Positions 49,541 to 62,200 of a stretch of 64,000 nt of DNA are shown piece by piece. The notes under the pieces are model-generated. The model was not told where the DNA came from and ran no database searches. It saw only the letters and a list, made by a program, of their open reading frames with translations. The DNA comes from Leucoraja erinacea (lineage: Eukaryota). The number at the start of each line of letters is the position of its first letter. Position 1 is the stretch's first letter. The stretch spans positions 158,038,001 to 158,102,000 of the forward strand of contig NC_073377.1 in the NCBI RefSeq assembly GCF_028641065.1. Direction: 5' to 3'. Both the position numbers and the translations under genes were made by a program.

Positions 49541-50451
49541 TTGATCTGGCTTTACCTTGCACTAAACATTGTTCCCTTATCCTGTATCTGTACACTGTGA
49601 ATGTTTAGATTGTAATCATATATTGTCCTTCCGCTGGCTGGTTAGCAACCAATAAAAACATTTCATGATACCTTGTCACACATGACTATAAACTAAACTA
49701 ATATGTAAGAATAAAGAAGTGAGGAATGAAAAACATGAGTAGAGGACCAAAGTCAATTAAATTAGATGGCTTCATCAGAATGAATGGATCAACAAGAAAT
49801 TCAATGGAACAAAACACATGTTTGTATACAAAATTCATCTAAACAATACATCCATATTCACTCAACACTGGTGCCTCTTACTTTTTGTATTTCTCCTTTT
49901 AGGTTTGGAATCTACAATTGGACCACAGTGATTTCTCCGTGGCAACTTCCTGGCTGCTGGAAGTCTGACTGTCTTCTTTTCTTTGAGATACAGGTGTTCT
50001 CATGTTATGCCCAGAATGAGTGTATGTGCCAGCTTAGACTGTGACGTACCAAATGGGTTGCCAACAGACGGATGAAGCAGAATTGGTTGCATTGACAAGC
50101 TCTCAGTGCTGGCGAGCCAGAGGTTGCGGGAAATATCTTGACACTCAGAGAGAACAGGAGGCTCTTTTTCTGCACTGGTTCCAAGAGTACCAGGCAGAAA
50201 ACTGTGTGAACATCAAGTCTAGCCCAGACTGATTGACTGATGTTTTAGGTTTCAGAATGCTGCCAAGATCACTCAATAGCCCCCGGCTCTCTGCTACCAA
50301 TTGAAAACACCATTAGCAAAGCAGCAGCTACCTGCTGCTCTTGGAATCAAAGATGCTGGTTCAGCTCAATTGGACTGTGCCTCAGTTGAGGCAGAAATCT
50401 GCTCACTCATTTGCTATGTTTCTTTGGCATTGTCTTTGCCTTGCACAAATC

Positions 50452-51646
50452 CCGATTCAGATTCAACTTTATTGTCATTGTGCAGTGTACAGTACAGAGA
50501 CAACGAAATGCAGTTAGCATCTCCCTAGAAGAGCGACATAAATATGAGCAAAAAATAAATCTATTAATGTGCATACAGTCATAGTATTTTTTTTTTTCCT
50601 GGTGGGAGGAGTGTCCGGGGGGTGGGGGGGTGATTGGCAGTCACCGAGGTACAGTGTTGAGTAGTGTAACAGCCGCAGGGAAGAAGCTGTTCCTGGACCT
50701 GCTGGTCCGGCAACGGAGAGACCTGTAGCGCCCCCCCGGATGGTAGGAGGGTAAACAGTCCATGGTTGGGGTGAGAGCAGTCCTTGACGATGCTGCGCGC
50801 CCTTCGCAGACAACGCTTGCTTTGGACAGACTCAATGGAGGGGAGTGAGGAACCGATGATGCGTTGGGCAATTTTCACCACCCTCTGCAGTGCTTTCCGG
50901 TCGGAGACAGAGCAGTTGCCATACCATACTGTGATACAGTTGGTAAGGATGCTCTCGATGGTGCAGCGGTAGAAGTTCACCAGAATCTGAGGAGACAGAT
51001 GGACCTTCTTCAGTCTCCTCAGGAAGAAGAGACGCTGGTGAGCCTTCTTGATCAGTGTTGAGGTATTGTGGGTCCAAGAGAGGTAATCGGAGATGTTGAC
51101 CCCCAGGAACCTGAAGCTGGAAACACGTTCCACCTCCGTCCCGTTAATGTGGATGAGGGTGTGCGTGCCGCCCCTAGACTTTCTGAAGTCTACAATGAGC
51201 TCCTTGGTCTTCTTGGAGTTAAGGGCCAGGTTGGGGGGGGGAGGAGAGTAGACTCTGGGATGGATGTGCTTGAGAGGCGTATGAGGCACAAGGTGCAGGT
51301 CATCCTGAAAAACCCCGGGCATCCCCTCCATGTAATTCTGGAGTCAAAAGAGCACTCGGAACAACAACCGGCTCCTCTCCCTGCCCTGTAGAACGGAGCG
51401 GTTCAGGAGATCCTTCACCCCTGCAGCCATTAGATTTTATAATTCGGTCCGCTAGGCTGTAGGGGGATGCATTTTTGCAATTTTTAATTTTTAATTGTTA
51501 ACTATTGGTCTTTTTAAGTATTTATTGCTCTCAGGTAGTGTCCACAGTGTATTCTATGTATTTTCTGTCTGCGCTCATTTGGAATCTGTGAGTTTGTTGG
51601 TTGGGGGCTTCTGGACATCTGAATTTCCCTGAGGGGATCAATAAAA

Positions 51647-51682
<36 letters not shown>

Positions 51683-52100
51683 GGTTGTTGTCAGCACACC
51701 ATGCTGCTAGGAGCTGGACCTCCTCCCTATAGGCCAACTCATCGTTGTTGCTGATGAGGCCAATCACCGTTGTATCATCTGCATACTTGATGATGGTGTT
51801 AGTACCATGTACAGGTGTGCAGTCGTAGGTGAAGAGGGAGTAGAGGAGGGGGCTCAGCACACAGCCCTGTGGAACGCTGGTGTTCAGGGTGAGGGTTGAA
51901 GAGGTGTGCTTGTCTAACCTAACAGACTGGGGTCTGTTGGTTAGAAACTCCAGTATCCAGTTGTAGAGGGAGGGGTCGATGCCCAAGTCACCGAGTTTGG
52001 TGATCAGTTTAGAGGGTATAATGGTGTTGAATGCTGAGCTGTAATCGATGAACAGCATTCTTATGTAAGTGTCTCTGTTGTCGAGGTGGGAGAAGGCGAC
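50452..52100 (-). mobile_element. 5'-truncated Rex1/Babar LINE (RT C-terminal half + 3' UTR)
   Basis: [28 protein letters not shown] (51531-52139) joins ALNSKKTKELIVDFRK...HPNH (50579-51331) across a nested insert. Confidence 0.9.
51234..51681 (+). mobile_element. Nested Rex-type 3' fragment with (TAT)n tail
   Basis: ERRMRHKVQVILKNPGHPLH. (tat)n at 51650-51681. aggttg duplicated at the flanks. Confidence 0.75.
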
Positions 52101-52498
52101 AAAGTCTTTTCCTAAACGTTTCCCCGTTGTTGGGCTCATTCAATCCCTTTCAATTAGCATCACTATCTGTTTCCAACCTTCACTCTTCTTCCCCTCTGCC
52201 TGACTCTAGCTCTACTAGTGCCAAGCATCTCTCCTCTTCAAATACATCCCTCGAATCTAATCTAATCCTTTCTTTCCAATGCCAGACTCCAAATGGAAAG
52301 GTATACCGTAACGGTGAGCTTTTCTACAGCAGGTAATTTCCCCTTCTTCTGTGTAAGATTCCTCTGACCCTCTAGGGCCATAGGCAGCAGTTCAGGGATC
52401 TCCTCTGCGCAAGAAACCTGAACAGAGTTCATCGTCTTGCAGCAGAGTTCACCTGCAAACATTAAGCCTCAGCAACAAACATGACATAACTGCAGTGA

Positions 52499-52725
52499 AG
52501 GTAGACAAAAATGTTGGAGAAACTCAGCCGGTGTGGCAGCATCTATGGAGCGAAGGAAATAGGCGACGTTTCGGGTCGAGACCCATCTTCAGACTGCTGT
52601 ACTAGAAGGGTCTTGACCCGAAACGTCGCCTATTTCCTTCGCTCCATAGATGCTGCCTCACCCGCTGAGTTTCTCCAGCATTTTTGTCTACCTTCGATTT
52701 TCCAGCATCTGTAATACCTTCTTAA
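52499..52725. mobile_element. Palindromic PLE-derived mini element with hammerhead motif
   Basis: ~90-bp inverted arms. Minus-strand AGU-CUGAAGA-U-GGGU(CUCG)ACCC-GAAA-CG-UC-GCC at 52562-52596. 15-bp TSD acataact(g/a)cagtga. Confidence 0.87.
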
Positions 52726-55700
52726 ACATAACTACAGTGAGAATAGTTGCAGTCTGATGCAGCCAGCATCTCCTGAAGGGACCATTTGTTCCATGTGTCA
52801 GAGATCGCGTAAGCTGAAGCTAATTACCTAGGCTTAACAGCCGACTACAAGCTTTGAGTAGACATCTATGATATAGCTTTGGTAATAGTTGTCACAATGT
52901 TCCCTGAATCTTGCATGGTGTGACAGAAGCAAGTTGCCAAAGCAACTTTAGCTATTTTACTTCGGAGTCACGTGAGTGACTACGTGAAGAACCCGCCAGG
53001 ACGCATGCGTGTCATATCGTCTAACGCATTGCGTACAACTGGCAGGGTGGACGCGATTCTCCTGCCAGCAGTCAGACCTGAAGGTAAGTTTTTAAAACTT
53101 TTTCCAGGTTTTATCTTCCTGCAGGAACCACTACTTAGAGGTCCTGTAAAGCCCGGGGTGAAGTCCAGAGGACCCAGTCAAGGGAATACCGGTCACGACC
53201 TCGGGCACACCCGAAAACATCGGGATACCCCCCCCCCCCGACATATAGCCGCTTTAAAGACCGCTTGAATGCGGGAGCGGGCGGCGGTGAATTCGCCTCT
53301 CGGGCCACTGCCGTTGGAGCCAGCAGCCTCACACTGGTGCCGGTGGCACCTGGGAAAAACACAGCGGGGATACCCCAACACACAGCCGCCTCAAATACGG
53401 ATAGCAGAGGGGAGCATTGCAGCGGAGAAGTTGCCTCTCGGGCCGTTGGCGTTGGAGCCAGCGGCTTTATACTGGTGCCAGTGGCACCTTCACAGTGGGG
53501 ATACCCCCCGACAATGTATATCGCGGCTATCCCTTTCACAGGGACCGCGGGGATATCCCTGTTGCAGGAGCCGCGGGAATACCCAGCATGGCGGGGGGGG
53601 GGGGGAAAGTCCCGACTACAAGGGAACCCCGGCTGCATACAAGGACCTCAAGACCAAGCTCGAAGGGGGGGGGGGGGGGGGGGGGGGGGAGAAGGAGCGT
53701 TGCCCCCGCAGCAGAAGGGTTAAAACAGGACCTGCAGGTAAATTCTTTACTCTCAGGTTGTTTAGTTCTATTTCTGTGAGGATGTGTTACAGGAAAGGAA
53801 CCATGGACTAAGTCCAAATGGAGACTGACTGCGGAGGACCGCGGGAGTGCGGGCAGTCAGCATGGGTTGGCTACACCTGGACCGCTAATCGATCATCAGT
53901 CTCCGACCTGGCACCTGCACAGTCGGAATCGACACCACAGTCTGGCAGGAAGGCCAAGCAAAAATCGGACAGGCCGAAGACTCGGACGAGTCCTGCTGTG
54001 AAGACTCACCACTAGCGGGAGCAACTGATAGAATATCCTGCATGGAGCGGTTGATGGAGCAGATGCTCCAATGTGACATGCTCCGGTATATGGAGTCTAG
54101 TCACCATGGGGTCCTAGGATGCCCAAGGCAGCACCTTATTGAGGGCTGCATAATGCATCTCCCTCGACAGAGGGGAGCATTAGGATTCACTTCTGGGCTG
54201 ACTCTGAAGACATGGGTTTGGTTGAAGATACCACAAGTGTGCAGGAGGTGCAGGAAAAACACAACCAGCAGCAGGAGCTCGACGAGGGCCATTGGGCTCA
54301 GGAAGGCCACATCATCACACAAGACCTCACATCTCCAGCGGCAGCACCACTACGCACCCACCAGCAAACCACGATGCACTGAAGCTGGTGTAAGCTTGAA
54401 GGCCGTACAACCAGGACAAAGGTCTTTTTTAGGCCACAGCCCAGAACGGCCTTCCTGGAAGATGCGCCAACCCCGTACTGGAGCTCCTCTACCTCCCAGG
54501 AGCAGAAGTGCAAAATCATGCACACATGGTTGAGGCAGCTCCTGGGTCGGGTTGCACAAGTCCTCCCATTCGGATAAAGGTATGGAGCCACATCGATGAT
54601 GTCTCCTGTCACGGATACAAGTTGGTAATACTTAAACTGGTTTGAATATTTACACTGGTTTGGGATAACATAAGATTAGTTTATACTGCACAACAGGTAT
54701 GGTTGGAGTTGCCTTTCAAGGCAGGCTCACAATATGGGATGTGGACTGATCATTGTCAACAGCCTCAACCCGCATGTGCAGTATAGACATTTCTGAATAA
54801 CTTCCATGTGATCATTTCCTTTCACAGGGTTGAAGATATTTGAAATTTAACTGGATGAGGCAATGATACACTCAGGAGCGTTGCAAAATGGGCTAACTTC
54901 AGTTTCCAGATTATTTACCAAATCACTACTATCAGTGCTTCGACTGCACAGAGCTAACAAATAAGTGGCATGGCCAATCTGGATGATATTGAACATACTG
55001 TATTTTACTAAATTAGCCTTATCAGCCACATAGCTATATTTGAGAAATTGAGGTTCTCACCCATCCAGTTAAATTCAAATTAAGTTGATACCAACTGAAA
55101 CTATTGATTATTGGGATACAATCAAACCATTTATTTGTCTGGGATCAGCTCTGAGACAAAAGATTAGACCTCTGCAATTCTCAGCTGAAACTAACAAAGT
55201 CACAATGATGGACAAACAGTATTCAGTGTTGCTCCACTAAAAACCTCTCATATGTAAATCTGCAGTTATTTCCAAACTGATGCTATTGCCCAAAGATGGG
55301 AAATCTACTAATACCATCTCTAGTTACGGAGGCAGATGGGATTAACATGAGTTATCAAGTGTTCCGTCAAGGTATCAACTGTCAATGGACACCAGGTGCA
55401 TTCTGTGCATTAAAGGGCGTGTGGATATGCATAACCTGCATGCACAAGTCCAAGGTGATACACTTTGGTGGTGGTATATGTTAATCACAAAGGTACAATC
55501 AAATCAAAGTATCCGGTGATAGTTTTACCCAACCGCATTTAGCACTAGTGTATTATCATGCAAAATCAATAACAACACAGAATGAATGTGTGATCACAAA
55601 GTATTTAATGACATTGTGGATTGATGGAACATTAATGATTGAGATGCTTGCATCCAGGCTCAATCAAGAGTTGCAAAAAATACAAGGAATATTAGTGGCG

Positions 55701-55937
55701 AAGGGTGCATTCTCGCTACACTAGGGAGGAATGTTCTTTTATGTCTTCCTCCATTTGGCCTCAATAGACGGGTCTTGCACAATTCAGCAAGATTCCCGCT
55801 TCCGGGTTATACACCCATGGTTCCCACTGATGTGGGGAATGAGCATAAAACCTTACATGGTTATTTCCGGACAAAAAGATGCTGGTTCAGTTGTGATGTT
55901 GAAACCATCCTCTGCATGATATAATCAATTCATAGAC

Positions 55938-58482
55938 TTAAGAATAGAATAGAATAGTTTCTTTATTGTCATTGTAACATGGACCATGTACAACAAAATT
56001 TAAAATGTCAGCCAGTCAGTGCAGCATTCAAACATTTCTAAAAGCTAACGATACATACACGGTAAAATAATAAAGATAAACAACTAAATAAATATCACGA
56101 ACACAGCACGCATGCACACCCAACCCTCCATCCTTCTGTCGATTTCACAGTTACCACAGTCCCTTAGTCTGTATCGCCCCTGCGTTCCTTGGCGGATACA
56201 TTTAGTGCCTTTATAGCAGTGGGGTAAAAACTGTTTTTGAGTCTGTTTGTCCTTGTCCTTGTAGATCTGTACCGTCTGCCTGACGGCAACAGTTCAAACA
56301 GGGAGTGTCCGGGGTGGGAAATGTCCTTTATGATATTCTGGGTTTTTTTGGTGCAGCGGGAACTGTGTAAGTCCTCCAAGGTAAGGAGAGGGCAGCCGAC
56401 AATCCTCTGGGCGTTGTCAATGGCCCTCTGGAGCGCTTCCCTCTGAGCCGCTGTGCAGCTGGTGTACCACACGCATACACAGTATGTTAGTATGCTCTCA
56501 ATGGAGCACCGATAAAAGGACAGCAGCAGTCTCTGAGTGATGTTGTTCTTCCTGAGCACCCTCAGGAAGTGCAGTCTCTGCTGGACCTTTTTCAGCAGCG
56601 CAGTGGTGTTCACGCTCCACGTCAGGTCCTCCTCAATATGGATTCCCAGGAAGCGGAAATCCGCCACCCTCTCTACACAGTCCCCTCTGATAGTCAATGG
56701 TACCATGTCCGTTTTGTTCTTCCTGAAGTCTATTATTACTTCCTTTGTCTTTAAGGTGTTGAGGAGCAGGTTATTTTCTTCGCACCACACTGTCAGCTGC
56801 TCCACCTCATCCCGGTAGGCGTACTCGTCCCCCCCGGAGATGAGTCCCATCACTGTAGTGTCATCCGCAAATTTGACAATGGTGTTGCTGTGGTGGGCGG
56901 GGGTGCAGTCATGTGTGTAGATGGTGTAGAGCAGGGGGCTCAGTACGCAGCCCTGTGGAGAGCCGGTACTGAGGCTGAGGGCCGTGGATGTGTGATGGCC
57001 CACTCTGACTCTCTGGCTGCGACCCGACAGGAAGCTATTTATCCACGTACAGGTGGAGTGTGCAAGACCCAAGTCCCCCAGTTTGTCCACCAGTTTGTGG
57101 GGAAGGATGGTATTAAAAGCAGAGCTGTAGTCCACAAAGAGCATCCGCACGTAGCTCCCCTGCTGCTCCAGGTGAGACAGTGCAGCATGGAGAGCTGTGG
57201 CTACAGCGTCCTCTGTGGATCTATTTGCTCTGTACGCAAACTGGTGGGGGTCAAAGCTTCGGGGCAGGAGTGATGTGATATGACCCCGGACCAGTTTTTC
57301 AAAACACTTCATCACCACTGGTGTGAGTGCGACTGGCCGGTAGTCGTTGAGGCTGGAGATGTTGGTTTTTTTGGGCAAGGGGACTATGGTGGAGGACTTC
57401 AGACAGGGTGGGACAGTGGACTGGGCCAGAGACTGGTTAAAAATCCTTGTAAAGACTCCAGCCAGCTGGTCTGCGCAGTCCTTCAACACGCGTCCAGAGA
57501 CGCCGTCAGGACCAGTAGCCTTCCTTGGATTGATGGCCCGCAGAGTGCGCCTCACCTCATGCTCCTCTATCTTGAGGGTTAGGCTGCTGTGGACCATGTG
57601 CTGTGATGTGGCTGTCTCGGGTGGCTCCACTTCAAAGCGAGCAAAGAAGTGGTTCAGCTCCTCTGCCAGCGAGGCGTCACCTTCAACAGCTCCAAGGTTG
57701 GTCTTGTAGTTGGTGAGATACTGGATCCCCTGCCACACCTGCCTGCTGTTATTACTGTCCAGGTGGTCCTCTATCTTCCTCCTGTAGTTCGATTTGGCCT
57801 CTCTGATGCCTCTCTTCAGGTTAGCTCGGGCCGTGCTGTATAAAGCCCTATCGCCAGACCAAAAAGCGGTGTTCCTCTCTTACAACAGCCGCTGGACCTC
57901 CCGGGTCATCCAGGGCTTCTGGTTGGGGTAGACCCGGATGCGTTTGTCCACTGTGACCGTGTCCATGCAGTTTTTAATGTAACACAGTACACTGTCTGTG
58001 AACACCTCCAGGTCCCGGTGTTCAAACACCTCCCAGTTGGTCCTGTCGAAACAGTCCTGCAGCTGCTGAGAAGCACCATCAGGCCAGGTTGTGATGGTCT
58101 TTGTAATAGTAGGAGCGGTTTTCCTGAGGGGGGCATATGCAGGAATTAAGAGCAGGGACATATGGTCAGACTGGCCCAGGTGTGGTAGTGGTCTAGCCCT
58201 GTAGCCCAGCTTGATGTTGGAGTAGACCTTGTCCAGTGTGTTAGCTCCTCTTGTAGCACATTTAACATGCTGGTAGAATTTGGGCAGCATTTTCTTCAAG
58301 TCCGCGTGGTTAAAGTCCCCTGCTATGATGTGAACACCATCAGGATATATGCTCTGTTGACTGCTAATGCTACCATACAAATGACCGATAGCCGAGTTAG
58401 CATTGGCATCCGGTGGTATGTACACAGCAGTTATCATGACAACAGTAAACTCTCTAGGGAGGTAAATGGGCCTGCATTTAAC
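55938..58482 (-). mobile_element. Young 5'-truncated Rex1/Babar LINE inserted in DIRS
   Basis: EN (AVYIPP, AGDFN, TLD, SDH) and RT ORFs in one frame. (ctatt)n tail at 55941-55956. Confidence 0.92.
56164..58437 (-). pseudogene. Rex1/Babar EN-RT polyprotein, open except one in-frame TAA (57882-57880)
   Basis: ORFs 57880-58437 and 56164-57738 share a frame, and the intervening codons read [29 protein letters not shown]... without stops. Motifs [24 protein letters not shown]. Confidence 0.88.
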
Positions 58483-60100
58483 AGTCTCTTACAGACTCTT
58501 ACAGACTCTGAGAGACCGTTTCCTGCGGCTCGGGTTGTAAAACCATAAGCATTAGGAGTGCCCACTGCAGATTGCAGGGAGAGCACCAAATAGCAGCAAA
58601 CCGCATAGGAGATGGGAAGTATTGTTTATTCTTCTTTACGTTTACCTTGGCACGGATGGCTGACACATTGAAATTCAGTTTTATGGGATTATAACATCGT
58701 TATAATTCCATTTACTGTGCCTGAAGTACCTCCTCATCGTTTGGCTGCGGAGAATATAAACCACTCTCTCCGGTCTCACCTTCTGACGTCTAGATAATGA
58801 AGGGTATCGTCAACTAAAAACCTCCTAGGCCTAGGGACGCAGATATATGGGTTTTTAACATTGTGCTACGTCACTTCGCCGATGAGCTCCAGCAACATCC
58901 CTGTCCTTGGTCAAACTCACGTACTAGTGGTTATGCCATGGCGCTGAGTACAGTGCTACGGGTCCAGTCATTGCTACACTGGATAGAATGATTATATCTG
59001 CGGGCTATAATAACATGTTTTGTTTATGATTAGTCAAGCAGAGTAGACAGGGACACAGACCAAGCTAGATGTTGCATATCCCATGGACCTTGGGTTGCCT
59101 GTGATCATGCATCTACACCAGTATGTCAAGGTCCCTAAGAGCCTCATAGACTTTGACTAGCAATATTGTTAGTTACATAAAACCTCGTTAGAAGGAATCA
59201 CTACGAACCTTCTCCAGAGGGTTAAATGGGTCTGGCATATACAGGAGTGTACATTGAAATTGAGTCTCACTCTACCAGGACCGCTATACCTCAGCAGCAG
59301 GGTTATGGACCACATCCTAGTGGCTGCAGGATGGTCAAACTATTAATCTGTACAAATATTCAGAATAAACCCATTGCCAGATCGGGGGTATTTGCCACTT
59401 CTATGTTAGGTATGGTTCATACTTCCTCCAGGTTGAGGGAGGTTACGATTCACACTATTGTTCATTAATAGCATCAACATGTCTATATCTATGTCATGTC
59501 TGAATGCAATATTAATGTTCACTCATCATTGGCCCACTGATGCTGTGTATGACGCCTGGACTTGTTTCCACGGCATGAAATCACAGAGCTTTAAAACCTT
59601 CCCGTAGTCACTCACGTGACTCCGAAGTAAAATAGTAAGATTAAACGAGAACTTACCAGTTTGAAGTTTGGTCTTTATTTTATGAGGAGTAACGTTGAGG
59701 GATTACGTGCCCTCCACGTGCACCCTCGATCATAAAGTTCAACTGGTATCCTATTTCTCTGTTCAGTTCATTTACTGTTATCTGTGATTTCACACCGCTG
59801 CTTTGAAGATTGACATGCATGCGTCCTGGCGGGTTCTTCACGTAATCCCTCAATGTTACTCCTCATAAAATAAAGATCAAACTTCAAATTGGTAAACTCT
59901 CGTTTAATCTTACTATTTCTCTTTTAATAATTGTATGGCAAAACTGCCTGGGCAAGTGGCATCTTTCTGAAGTATTGTGTGGAAATTGTTCCCATGACCT
60001 TTGATATATTTACTGGATTGTTTAGGACTGTACCTAGGAGTAAGGTTATGTTTAGGTGTAATGCCTGCACATCCCAGTAAATCAAAAATGTCTAAGGCCT

Positions 60101-60620
60101 ATGGTGGCACAGTGGTGCAGCAGTAGAGTTGCTGCCTTATGCCCCTGTCCCACTTAGGAAACCTGAACGGAAAGCTCTGGAGACTTTGCACCCCACCCAA
60201 GGTTTCCGTGCAGTTCCCGGAGTTTGCAGGTGGTTGCCGGAGGTTGCAGGTAGTGGAAGCAGGTAGGGAGACTGACAAAAACTTCCGGGAACCGCACGGA
60301 AACCTTGGGTGGGGCACAAAGTCTCCAAAGGTTTCCGTTCAGGTTTCCTAAGTGGGACAGGGGCATAACACTGTCAGAGATCTGGGTTGGACTACGGGTG
60401 CTGTTTATCTAGAGTTTGTACGTTCTCCTTGTGACTGCGTGAGTTTTCTCCAGGTGCTCCGGTTTCCTCCCACATTCCAAAGATGTGCAGGTTGGCAGAT
60501 TTATTGGCTTCACTATAAATTAGCCCCTAGTGTGTAAGATAGAACTAGTTTATGGGTGATTGCTGGTCGGCGTGGACTCGGTGGGCCGAAGAGACTGTTT
60601 CCATTTTGTATCTCTAAAAC
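60101..60620 (+). mobile_element. HE1/V-type SINE interrupted by a MITE
   Basis: ggcacagtggtgcagcagtagagttgctgcc head, V-domain ccaggtgctccggtttcctcccaca, CR1-type tail. Confidence 0.8.
60140..60365. mobile_element. Near-palindromic PIF/Harbinger-type MITE
   Basis: ~75-bp inverted arms beginning tgcccctgtcccacttagg. Flanked by TTA/TAA. TIR related to the MITE at 12498. Confidence 0.78.
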
Positions 60621-60819
60621 CTGCCTAACAGTCCACTGTTCTGCCCCCCTATAATGACCCTCAGCATTACACAGCACAACCAACCACCATCTCCCCTCAG
60701 CTTCCAGCTGTGGGGTTTAAACCCTCTGTCGTGTTTCCTGTCTACAATGTGCTGCTTCTGCCCTGACATAGTCACCTTAAATAGAAGTGGGAGCTGTTGC
60801 AATACAGCAAATGGGTCAT

Positions 60820-61055
60820 TATTTGTATAAGATAATTTGTATTTGTATAATTACAAGCAGTTGAATAAGGGGTGGGAATTAATAAGCTTTGGCTTCTTCC
60901 TGCTCCTTTTTGGACACATACGATTTCATTTATTTATAGATATTGTTTATGACACTTCATAAATATTCTTGTTTTGTTTTTTTATATGCTGTTTCAGACT
61001 TGCTTTTTATTCTGTTCGAAATAAATAATAAAAAATAATAAAAAAATTTAAAAAA
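60820..61055 (+). mobile_element. LINE 3' UTR remnant with A-rich tail (L2/Crack-like)
   Basis: aataaggggtgggaattaataagctttggcttcttcctgctcc motif followed by an aataaa-rich tail. Confidence 0.4.
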
Positions 61056-61846
61056 TGATTTGTTTTGCTATTGTGCCAGTCATATTGGATAAAAAAATAT
61101 AGCCCTTTGTGTGCATTGTGGAAGAAATTAAAAATAATTGGAGAAGCACAATCTTAAACATTCACAGTGAAATGACAGCCCAAATGATAAAAGATAAAAT
61201 TTCAAAGTCCTGTTTCCCTCGATGAATTGAGGAAGCTTCTTAATGTGAATATTCTTACATTTTTATCTAAAAAAATAAAATTTAGCCCATGCCAAGTGTT
61301 GGTTTCCTTATAAGAACATTGTAAGTAAGAAAACTTTACTAAAAAAGAACCTTGTCTTTGTAGAGACTTTGGAAATCACACTTTTTTTAAATTGCTGCTT
61401 CCGTTACTTTACTAACCCATTATATAAAATAATTTTACTTCTTCATCAAACAAATGTTAAAAAAATAAAACAGTGAAACATAATTCTGAGAATTATGATT
61501 TATTTTTGTGTTGTTCTATTCATGACTCCACAAGATGGCATTGTGTAAGGAAATATTATATTGCATGTGAAGCAAGTTTTCTAAGCTTCAAAACAATATC
61601 AATAATAAATACAATTAATAAACTCAACTTTGGTAAAGCACAGATAATATATCATAAAAAGTAGAATTTGAAAATGACCTTCCAGATTCAGATTAAAGCT
61701 AAATTCTGGACACACCATTTAAATAAAACCATATCCCTGATCCCCAAAGAATGTTTGTGGAGTTGTGAGAAGCCACAAGACACAGATAAAATACATTCTT
61801 AGTTTGATCAACGAGAACAGTCAAGCTTAAAGACTGCAGTAAACAA

Positions 61847-62200
61847 GTCATTGAGTCATACAGCATGAAAACTGACCCTTTGGCCCAACTTGTCCATGCC
61901 ATCAAAATGCCCACCTACTGTACCACCTAAGTCCCATTTGCTCGCATTTGACCAATATCCATCTAAACTATTTCTATTCATGTACCTGTCCAGACGTCTT
62001 TTAAATGTTGTTATCGTACCCACTGTCCTCTGGCAGGTTGATCCATACATGTTTCAACTTCTGTGTGAAAAAACTTTATCTCAGATTTTTGTTAAATCTT
62101 TCCCCTCCCACCTTAAGCCTATACCTTCTAGTTCTTGGTTCCCAACCCTCGGAAACAAACTGTATGCTTTCACCCAGGTCTATGTCCCAAGCTGTGCATG
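61847..62200 (-). mobile_element. Old CR1 3' fragment
   Basis: TITTFKRRLDRYMNR plus CR1 tail. Confidence 0.7.

Larger units (their letters stand above)
52952..59918 (+). mobile_element. DIRS1-like tyrosine-recombinase retrotransposon, full termini, decayed ORFs
   Basis: Left ITR 52952-53013, right ITR 59812-59844 plus extension to 59918. ICR 59603-59709 complementary to both outer ends. YR motif SHSTR at ~59265. FYVF.PF remnant at ~55735. Confidence 0.87.

Noticed and set aside
53135-54612. Cluster of 100-180-aa ORFs as a host gene
   Set aside because: Inside DIRS termini; low-complexity, GC-rich decayed gag region.
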